64,000 bases of DNA from Macrostomum lignano (lineage: Eukaryota), in assembly GCA_002269645.1 (NCBI GenBank), contig NIVC01002211.1, positions 124,001 to 188,000 of the forward strand, given 5' to 3'. The translations under genes and the position numbers were made by a program. Shown piece after piece: positions 1 to 10,228 of the stretch (positions within the stretch are counted from its first letter, which is position 1; the number at the start of each line of letters is the position of its first letter). Under the pieces are notes generated by a model. It had not been told where the DNA came from, searched no databases, and saw only the letters and a list, made by a program, of their open reading frames with translations.

Positions 1-875
1 GTGAGCACTGGGTGGGCGGGGCTGTGAGCACTGGGTGGGCGGGGCTGTGAGCACTGAGTCAGTGGGGCTGTGAGCACTGGGTGAGCGGGGCTGTGAGCAC
101 TGGGTGAGCGGGGCTATGAGCACTGGGTGAGCGGGGCTATGAGCACTGGGTGGGCGGGGCTGTGAGCACTGGGTGGGCGGGGCTGTGAGCATTGGGTGAG
201 CGGGGCTGTGAGCACTGGGTGAGCGGGGCTGTGAGCACTGGGTGGGCGGGGCTGTGAGCACTGGGTGAGCGGGCTGTGAGCACTGGGTGGGCGGGGCTGT
301 GAGCATTGGGTGAGCGGGGCTGTGAGCACTGGGTGGGCGGGGCTGTGAGCATTGGGTGAGCGGGGCTGTGAGCACTGGGTGAGCGGGGCTGTGAGCACTG
401 GGTGAGCGGGGCTGTGAGCACTGGGTGAGCGGGGCTGTGAGAACTGGGTGAGCGGGGCTGTGAGCACTGGGTGAGCGGGGCTATGAGCACTGGGTGAGCG
501 GGGCTATGAGCACTGGGTGGGCGGGGCTGTGAGCACTGGGTGGGCGGGGCTGTGAGCATTGGGTGAGCGGGGCTGTGAGCACTGGGTGAGCGGGGCTGTG
601 AGCACTGGGTGGGCGGGGCTGTGAGCACTGGGTGAGCGGGGCTGTGAGCACTGGGTGGGCGGGGCTGTGAGCATTGGGTGAGCGGGGCTGTGAGCACTGG
701 GTGAGCGGGGCTGTGAGCACTTGGTGAGCGGGGCTGTGAGCACTGGGTGGGCGGGGCTGTGCGCATTGGGTGAGCGGGGCTGTGAGCACTGGGTGAGCGG
801 GGCTGTGAGCACTGGGTGAGCGGGGCTGTGAGAACTGGGTGAGCGGGGCTGTGAGCACTGGGTGAGCGGGGCTGT
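1..875. repeat. 23-bp minisatellite (GTGAGCACTGGGTGAGCGGGGCT)n
   Basis: Direct tandem array running off the window edge. Confidence 0.95.
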
Positions 876-1396
876 GAATGAACCAAGACAAACTAAACGT
901 GAAAGACAGATTGGATTAAGGTACAATCAGAAATCAGCCGGCTCTAATTCGATATATATTATAAATGGCTATAAAAACCTGGCTGGTTGCCAAGCGGATT
1001 AAATTGTATAACAATAACCAGGGCAGGCATAAAACTCGTGGCAAAATTTAAATTCAAATATTGAACAAGATTTCTATGTCAAAAATAAACAAAGTTTGTA
1101 GAGCCAAATGGTTTGTTCAGAGGACACAAAAGGTGTAAGTTACGCATCTTGCTACAAAAAACCGAGAGAGATGCAAGAGTAAAAGGCACAGCCAATTCAA
1201 CAAATCAAATCAAATTGCTAGAAAAGTGACACAAAAAATTATGGAATTTCATAATTCGAGGCAAATCAATGATTTTTGCACAATCGGCACTGACACACAG
1301 AAATAGTGAGTGCTCTAAAGAGCAAGTCACAATGTCATTATTGATTTGATTAAACTAAAACGTTTTTATTGAGTTCGATTGGGTGTATTAATAGAA

Positions 1397-2546
1397 GCCC
1401 GGTTGCTATGCAGCAAAGATGACACAAATCCCGGTTGCTATGCAGCAAAGATGACACAAATCCCGGTTGCTATGCAGCAAAGACAACAGAAATCCCCCAG
1501 TTGCTCAGCAAAGATAACAGAAATCCCGGTTGCTCAGCAAAGATAACAGAAATCCTGTTGCTATGCAGCAAAGACAACAGAAATCCCCCAGTTGCTATGC
1601 AGCAAAGACAATAGAAATATCCGGTTGCTATGCAGCAAAGATAACAGAAATCCCGGTTGCTATGCAGCAAAGACAACAGAAATCCCGGTTGCTCAGCAAA
1701 GTTAACAGAAATCCCGGTTGCTATGCAGCAAAGACAACAGAAATCCCGGTTGCTCAGCAAAGATAACAGAAATCCGGTTGCTATGCAGCAAAGACAACAG
1801 AAATCCCCCAGTTGCTATGCAGCAAAGACAACAGAAATCCCCCAGTTGCTATGCAGCAAAGACAACAGAAATCCCAGTTGCTATGCAGCAAAGACAACAG
1901 AAATCCCCCAGTTGCTATGCAGCAAAGACAATAGAAATATCCGGTTGCTATGCAGCAAAGATAACAGAAATCCCCCAGTTGCTATGCAGCAAAGACAATA
2001 GAAATATCCGGTTGCTATGCAGCAAAGATAACAGAAATCCCCCAGTTGCTATGCAGCAAAGACAACAGAAATCCCCCAGTTGCTATGCAGCAAAGACAAT
2101 AGAAATATCCGGTTGCTATGCAGCAAAGATAACAGAAATCCTGTTGCTATGCAGCAAAGACAACAGAAATCCCGGTTGCTCAGCAAAGATAACAGAAATC
2201 CCGGTTGCTATGCAGCAAAGACAACAGAAATCCCCCAGTTGCTATGCAGCAAAGACAACAGAAATCCCGGTTGCTATGCAGCAAAGACAACAGAAATCCC
2301 CCAGTTGCTATGCAGCAAAGACAACAGAAATCCCCCAGTTGCTATGCAGCAAAGACAACAGAAATCCCCCAGTTGCTATGCAGCAAAGACAACAGAAATC
2401 CCGGTTGCTATGCAGCAAAGACAACAGAAATCCCCCAGTTGCTATGCAGCAAAGACAATAGAAATATCCGGTTGCTACGCAGCAAAGATAATAGAAATCC
2501 CGGTTGCTATGCAGCAAAGACGACACAAATACCGGTTGCTATGCAG
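1397..2546. repeat. ~30-34-bp minisatellite (ATCCCGGTTGCTATGCAGCAAAGACAACAGAA)n
   Basis: Tandem array with length variants. Confidence 0.95.
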
Positions 2547-2993
2547 TTACAATGCAATCAAATTTAAACAAAGCGTGATTCTACGGGAAAATATCAACAT
2601 GTAAAGATTTCTATCGAAAAAAAATTATCCTGAAAAGTTGTAAAACTGGTTAATTTGTTCTCTGAAGCACGCAGGATTATCGAAAAACCGCCTTCAAGTT
2701 CGCAGTGGCCATGGCAGTTCGTCTGGAAAAAGAGAGAAAATGAGTGAGCGGTAAAAAAATAGAATTAGCATAACGCTATCCAGTTAAATTATTATCGAAT
2801 TATTCGATGCCGTATTTTCTAACCGAACCTGGGGTTTCTGTGGGCATTAAAGCACTAGAAAATATGCCTTTGGGGTGAATATTCACTGCATTTAGCAGCT
2901 CGTATGATTGACTGCATTTGCATCGATGAGCGAGCAATAGTATTGAATTTTCACTATGTATTTCGTGAAACTAATTCTGCAATATTTATATTC

Positions 2994-4069
2994 ACCCAGC
3001 GCTCACAGCCATACTCATCCCATACTCAGAGCAGCTCACTCCATACTCACCCAGCTCACGCCATACTCACCCAGCTCACCCCATACTCACCCAGCTCACC
3101 CCATACTCATCCAGCTCACCCCAAACTCAGAGCAGCTCACCCCATACTCATCCAGCTCACCCCATACTCAGAGCAGCTCACCCCATACTCATCCAGCTCA
3201 CCCCATACTCATCCAGCTCACCCTATACTCACCCAGCTCACGCCATACTCACCCAGCTCACGCCATACTCACCCAGCTCACGCCATACTTACCTAGCTCA
3301 CGCCATACTCATCCAGCTCACCCCTTACGCCCTTACTCAGCGCAGCTCACCCCACACTCACCCAGTTCACCCCTTACTCAGCGCAGCTCACCCCATACTC
3401 ACCCAGCTCACCCCATACTCAGCGCAGCTCACCCCACACTCACCCAGCTCACCCCTTACTCAGCGCAGCTCACCCCATACTCACCCAGCTCACCCCTTAC
3501 TCAGCGCAGCTCACCCCACACTCACCCAGCTCACCCCATACTCACCCAGCTCACCCCATACTCACCCAGCTCACCCCTTACTCAGCGCAGCTCACCCCAC
3601 ACTCACCCAGCTCACCCCTTACTCAGCGCAGCTCACCCCATACTCACCCAGCTCACCCCATACTCATCCAGCTCACCCCATACTCACCCAGCTCACCCCA
3701 TACTCACCCAGCTCACCCCATACTCACCCAGCTCACCCCATACTCATCCAGCTCACACCATTATCACCCAGCTCACCCCATACTCACCCAGCTCACCCCA
3801 TACTCACCCAGCTCACCCCATACTCATCCAGCTCACCCCATACTCATCCAGCTCACCCCATACTCATCCAGCTCACCCCATACTCAGAGCAGCTCACCCC
3901 ACACTCACCCAGCTCACCCCATACTCAGAGCAGCTCACCCCACACTCACCCAGCTCACCCCATACTCAGAGCAGCTCACCCCACACTCACCCAGCTTACC
4001 CCTTACTCAGCGCAGCTCACCCCACACTCACCCAGCTCTCCCCTTACTCAGCGCAGCTCACCCAGCTCA
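2994..4069. repeat. 20-bp minisatellite (CCCAGCTCACCCCATACTCA)n abutting the acyl-CoA synthetase stop codon
   Basis: Tandem array. Confidence 0.95.
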
Positions 4070-7000
4070 CTAGTGCAGTGAGTCACGCAGGAACCTGCGC
4101 AGTATTTTGCCGCTAGGGTTCCTGGGAATCGAGTCGGTGAAGACCACGCCGCCGTCCAGCCGCTTGTACTTGGTGACCCGGTCGGCCACGTAGGACTTGA
4201 CCTCCTCGGCAGTCAGTTGCACCCCAGGCCGGGGCACCACAAAGGCGCAGGGCAGCTCGCCGGCCCGCTCGTCGGGCCTGCCAATGATGGCGCAATCCTG
4301 CACGGACGGGTGGTTCAGCAGGATGTCCTCCAGCTCGGCCGGAGCCACCTGGCTGCCCTTGACTTTGATCAGCTCCTTGACTCGGTCCACGATTCTATGG
4401 GGCGGGTTGGCGCGAGAGGAGAGGGAGGATAGAAAGAGGGAAGGTTGGAGATGAAGGGAGGGAGATGAAGGGAAGTGGGTGAAAGAGGTAGGTGAAGTGA
4501 GGGATATGAAGGGAAAGAGAATGCGAGTGAAAGGTGAGTAAAGGGACGTAGATGGATGGTGTTAAAGGAGAAAGGGAGGGAGAGAGGAGGATGAAGGGAG
4601 GCGTGTGAAAAGAGAGAGAATAAAGGGAGGGAGGATGAATGGGAGGGAGGATGAAGGGAGGGAGGATGAGAGAGAGGATGAAGGGAGGGTGAAGGGAGGT
4701 GGATGAAGGAAAAGGGAGGGTGAAGGGAGGAAAGATGAAGGGAGGTGGATAAAGGGAGGTGAATGAAGGGGAAAAATAGAAGGAGGTGATAACTGAAGTT
4801 AGGGGATGGAAGAGAATGCAGTGAGACAGGATACAGGATGGACAAAGGAAGGATAAAGGGCAATAGATGAAGGAAGATAGATTTGAATATTTTTAAGCAC
4901 AACCAATCGTACAAGCTTTATTTAAAAATTTAGGAAAAAAATTCGCATATCGCCTACTTGAAGTAGCCGAACTCGTCGTACACGGCAATATCCCCAGTAT
5001 GAAACCAGCCGTCCTCGCGAATACAATCTCTAGTAGCCTTCTCGTTGTTCAGATAGCCCAGCATCACCTGCGGCCCCTTGACAACCAGCTCGCCCTCCTG
5101 CCCAGGGCCGACGTCCTGCCCGGTAACGACGTTGACGACCCTGGTGAGCTGGTTGCACACGGGCGCTCCGATCTGGCCCAGAGTGCTGGCTGGCCTCTCG
5201 CCCAGCGGCTGGGGCCCGTGCGTGATTGGCGAAGTCTCCGTCAGGCCGTACACTGGCGATGGGTGCGCGGGGCCGAGTGTGCTCTTTTGTAAGAACGCCA
5301 TCCCTACAACCCCACCATCCCTACAACCCCACCATCCCTACAACCCCACCATCCCTACAACCCTACTATCCCTGCAACCCTACCATCCCTACAACCCTAC
5401 CATCCCTACAACCCTACTATCCCTACAACCCCACCATCCCTACAACCCTGCCATCCCTACAGCCTTACCATCCCTACAGCCTTACCATCCCTACAGCCTT
5501 ACCATCCCTACAGCCTTACCATCCCTACAGCCTTACCATCCCTACAGCCTTATTATCCCTACAACCCTACCATAACTACAATCGTACCATCCCTACAACC
5601 CCACCATCCCTACAACCCTACTATCCCTGCAACCCTGCCATCCCTGCAACCCTACCATCCCTACAACCCCACCATCCCTGCAACCCTACCATCCCTACAG
5701 CCTTACCATCCCTACAGCCTTACCATTCCTACAACCCCACCATCCCTACAACCCTACCATCCCTACAACCCCACCATCCCTACAACCCTGCCATCTCTAC
5801 AGCCTTACCATCCCTACAGCCTTACCATTCCTACAACCCCACCATCCCTACAACCCTACCATCCCTACAATCCTACTATCCCTACAACCCCACCATCCCT
5901 ACAACCCTGCCATCCCTACAGCCTTACCATCCCTACAGCCTTACCATCCCTACAACCCTACTATCCCTACAACCCCACCATCCCTACAACCCTGCCATCC
6001 CTACAGCCTTACCATCCCTACAGCCTTACCATCCCTACAACCCTACTATCACTACAACCCCACCATCCTTACAACCCTACCCTCCCTACAACCCTACCCT
6101 CCCTACAGCCCCATCGCTACATTTACAGCTCCTCACCCAATCCCCAGCTCATCCCTATCTTGCCACCAAGCAGCACAGAGAGGCGGCAGGTCACTCACGC
6201 TGCTGCAGCTCGATGTCCACCCCGTAGCGAGTCTTGAACATGTCCACAAGGCGCAGCTGAATCTCCGGGCCAAGCGGCGCCGCGGCGCTGTAGATCTGGC
6301 GCACGGAGGACAGGTTGTACCGCTCCGACAGCGGGTGCTGAAGCAGGAACAGCACCAACGGCGGCACCAGATGCATCACGTTGATCCCGTGCTCTTCTAC
6401 TGCTCGTAGAAAGGTCTCGGGTTCGAATTTGCGCATTAGAACGGTTGCGCAACCGGTGTGCAGAGCTTGGCCGACCATAGCCTAGGGATTTCCATTGTGG
6501 GGATGGAATTGTAGGGATGGGGTTGTAGGGATGGAATTGTAGGGATGGGGTTTTAGGGATGGGGTTGTAGGGATAGGGTTGTAGGGATGGGGTTGTAGGG
6601 ATGGGGTTGTATGGATGGGGTTGTAGGGATGGGGTTGTAGGGATGGGGTTGTAGGGATGGGGTTGTAGGGATGGGTTTGTAGGGATGGAATTGTAGGGAT
6701 GGAATTGTAGGGATGGGGTTTTAGGGATGGGGTTGTAGGGATAGGGTTGTAGGGATGGGGTTGTAGGGATGGGGTTGTAGGGATGGGGTTGTAGGGATGG
6801 TGAGGTTATAGGGATGGAGTTGTAGGGATGGGGTTGTAGGGATGGTGAGGTTGTAGGGATGGGGTTGTAGGGATGGGGTTGTAGGGATGGGGTTGTAGGA
6901 ATGGAATTGTAGGGATGGGGTTTTAGGGATGGGGTTGTAGGGATGGGGTTGTAGGGATGGTGAGGTTATAGGGATGGAGTTGTAGGGATGGGGTTGTAGG

Positions 7001-8481
7001 GATGGTGAGGTTGTAGGGATGGGGTTGTAGGGATGGTGAGGTTGTAGGGATGGGGTTGTAGGGATGGGGTTGTAGGGATGGGGTTGTAGGGATGGGATTG
7101 TAGGGATGGTGAGGTTGTAGGGATGGGGTTGTAGGGATGGGGTTGTAGGGATGGGGTTGTCGTGATGGTGGGGTTGTAGGGATCGGGCTGTAGGTATGTG
7201 GATCGGACTTAAGTAAAGGTTATGAGATTCATTTAAAATACAAATATACAGTGAGAATCGCAACTGCAATGTTTGCCTCTCACCTGACCGTAAATATGAT
7301 AGAACGGCAGCACTCCCAGATACGGGCCGGACATGACGGGCGGTCGCACTGTGCGATTGTACTGCAGCAGGTTAATGCAGATGTTACTGTGGCTCAGCTG
7401 CACTCCCTTGGGCAGGCCTGTGGTGCCGCTGCTGTAGGGTAGAATGGCCACGCGTTTCGACGGGTCCAGCTGCCAGTCGTCAAGGCTGCGCGGACCGTCG
7501 GAGTCGACCAGCAGCTCGTCAAAGTGATGCGCACCGGACATAAGCTTGTCAACGACGTAGATGTCCTTGGGACAGCGGAGCGGTAGTGTACAATTGAAGC
7601 ACAGTTGGAGGAGGAATAGAGTACATTGAGGGCCGGAGCTGGTGGAGACAGTCCATGACCCCGTGTGTACATTGAGGGGCAGAGTTGTTAGGGACAGTCT
7701 ATGGCCCCGTGTGTACACTGAGGGGCAGAGTTGTTAGGGACAGTCTATGGCCGCGTGTGTACATTGAGGGGCAGAGTTGTTAGGGACAGTCTATGGCCCC
7801 GTGTGTACACTGAGGGGCAGAAATGTTGGGAACAGTCTATGGCTGGGTGTGTACATTGAGGGGCAGAGTTGTTGGGGACAGTCTATAGCCGCGTGTGTAC
7901 ATTGCAGTGAATACACAGTGAATACATGTACACAGAATGGAGTTGGCAACAGAGCAGCCTCTCCCCTCACCTTCACGCAGCCGGCCTCTTTGGCAGCTTT
8001 GGCGGCAATCTCGAATTTATCGGCCTGAGTAACAACAGCCACGGCGCCGGAATGACGCAGCTGATAAGCCAGCTCGCTGGCCGTAAAATTCGGATTAGCC
8101 AGTGTCAAAGTAGCGCCAGCGATCATGCCGCCTAATTGGGCCAGCACGAACTCCGGGCAGTTGTGCAGGAACAGCGCCAGAACGGCGCCATCAACGATGC
8201 CGTGACGTGCCAGGCCGCCGGCGGCGTTCAACGAAAGGTCGCGAACGTCGGCGAGGGTCAGTACTCGGTGGCTGCCACCATCGTCATTTTCCGTCCGCGC
8301 CGAGACGTCGATTAGCGCCGGGCGGTTGGGAGCCTCGTCAACGCGACTAAGCGTCAAGCTAGGATATCCGAGAAGGCTGTTGAGCTCAGAGGCAGGGATA
8401 TCCGGCACAGGGCTGTGGATGATCCGGCGCTGTCGAATGGGATCCGCTTTACTGTAGGACTGATTAGCAGGAATAACCGGC

Positions 8482-8580
<99 letters not shown>

Positions 8581-8723
8581 CATCAGCTCACCGCTGATTG
8601 CTGCTGACGCTGCTGACTGCCACCGCTTGCTGCTGCGCTGGAGCTGCCGCTGCACCAACGCCGCGTAACCAGCCGCATGGTCGCGGACGTCGTCCTGCTG
8701 ACTAAAGAGACTCGACCAGGCAT
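4070..8723 (-). CDS. 4-coumarate-CoA ligase / firefly-luciferase-like acyl-CoA synthetase (ANL adenylating enzyme), 6 exons, ~601 aa
   Basis: Exons (minus): 8723-8592, 8459-7971, 7565-7284, 6481-6199, 5252-4958, 4394-4070. All introns are GT-AG with compatible phases; CDS 1806 nt. Motifs: YSSGTTGLPKGV (P-loop), LPFYHIYG, YGLTETSP, GELVVKGPQVMLGY, GWFHTGD, IVDRVKELIKVKG, PRNPSGKILRR. Alternative in-frame ATG at 8678. Confidence 0.93.
4414..4870. repeat. Purine-rich low-complexity intronic tract (GGAG/GAAG)
   Basis: Composition. Confidence 0.8.
5298..6112. repeat. 17-bp minisatellite (CTACAACCCCACCATCC)n, intronic
   Basis: Tandem array; 17-aa periodicity in the shadow ORFs. Confidence 0.93.
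6498..7190. repeat. 14-bp minisatellite (GTAGGGATGGGGTT)n, intronic
   Basis: Tandem array; near reverse complement of the 17-bp array. Confidence 0.93.
7616..7900. repeat. 46-bp minisatellite, intronic
   Basis: AGAGTTGTTAGGGACAG recurs at 7681 and 7727, etc. Confidence 0.85.
8481..8580. repeat. (GACA)n microsatellite
   Basis: Direct reading. Confidence 0.97.
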
Positions 8724-8822
8724 TCCCTGTTTAGTTTGGCTCGATTTGCTGCAGCAAAATTATTTGGTTGAAAAGTATTCGGGGCTGCAGCAGAAATTAG
8801 CGGGATATCCACAAAGCATTAG

Positions 8823-9502
8823 TAGCGGCACTCAATGATGGACTGAGCGGAGGGTAGCGGCACTCAATGATGGACTGAGCGGAGGGTAGCGGCACTCAAT
8901 GATGGACTGAGCAGAGGGTAGCGGCACTCAATGATGGACTGAGCGGAGGGTAGCGGCACTCAATGATGGACTGAGCGGAGGGTAGCGGCACTCAATGATG
9001 GACTGAGCGGAGGTTAGCGGCACTCAATGATGGACTGAGTGGAGGGTAGCGGCACTCAATGATGGACTGAGCGGAGGGTAGCGGCACTCAATGATGGACT
9101 GAGCGGAGGTTAGCGGCACTCAATGATGGACTGAGTGGAGGGCAGCGGCACTCAATGATGGACTGAGCGGAGGGTAGCGGCACTCAATGATGGACTGAGC
9201 GGAGGCTAGCGGCACTCAATGATGGACTGAGCGGAGGCTAGCGGCACTCAATGATGGACTGAGCGGAGGGTAGCGGCACTCAATGATGGACTGAGCGGAG
9301 GTTAGCGGCACTCAATGATGGACTGAGCGGAGGTTAGCGGCACTCAATGATGGACTGAGTGGAGGGTAGCGGCACTCAATGATGGACTGAGCGGAGGGTA
9401 GCGGCACTCAATGATGGACTGAGCGGAGGGTAGCGGCACTCAATGATGGACTGAGCGGAGGGTAGCGGCACTCAATGATGGACTGAGCGGAGGGTAGCGG
9501 CT
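8823..9502. repeat. 32-bp minisatellite (TAGCGGCACTCAATGATGGACTGAGCGGAGGG)n, ~21 copies
   Basis: Near-identical head-to-tail units without spacers. Confidence 0.95.
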
Positions 9503-10228
9503 AAAAAGACGACTTAGCCATAAAAAGGAAAAAGTTCAAAGTTCTAAAGTGCTTTTGTAAGAATAATATAAAAAAATAGTCGGGATATATATATGAATGG
9601 GTAGAGCATTACTTACTTGAATAGGCGCATAATACATAACAGTAAAAACCTGATTAAAAAATAAGGATTTTCTTACATAGAAAAATACCAAGCAGTCTTA
9701 AGCTGATGCAGTATGTATTAAAAGGGCACGCACACGGATTCGTCTATATTGAAAGGTAAAATTGTTATAAAATGCTGGCCTAAAAGTGGCATACTTTTTG
9801 GCAATAAATGAGTAAAATATTTGCTCAAATAGCAAATACTGAGCATGAGGACATGTACACAGCGCTTTTTAATAATATTTTTTTGCCAAAATAAACTATT
9901 CTTAACATCTATCAAATAGTAGGGGTCAAAGATAAATGGCTGTGTTTAATAAGTACATTTTGCTTTCTAGGAAAGCAACTAACGAATCCTGCGTTAGTAA
10001 ATATGACTTATACTTGTATATGGAATTAGTCGACTCCAGATTTGAAACTGTAACAGTTTATCAACGCCGAAATTACATTCAAAGTACCCAGTACAAAATT
10101 TGTTCACTTGCGGTAGCCGCAAAATAGCAACCTAGCTATTTAACTGGAGTATTGCTATTAATAAGTTATATGTAAAAATCTCAGCCAATTTAATCAATTC
10201 AGCCATTGAAAGTTCGATGCATATTTAT

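Noticed and set aside
114-4116. Long Pro/Ser/His- or Gln-rich ORFs in the first 4 kb
   Set aside because: All derive from minisatellites that lack stops in several frames.
4070-8723. Calling the acyl-CoA synthetase a luciferase
   Set aside because: Family motifs are shared with many non-luminous fatty/aromatic acyl-CoA ligases; the sequence alone cannot show light emission.
8823-9502. CRISPR-like array of 32-bp repeats
   Set aside because: Units are head-to-tail with no unique spacers, there are no cas genes and the context is eukaryotic. The same applies to the 37-bp array at 27595-30347.
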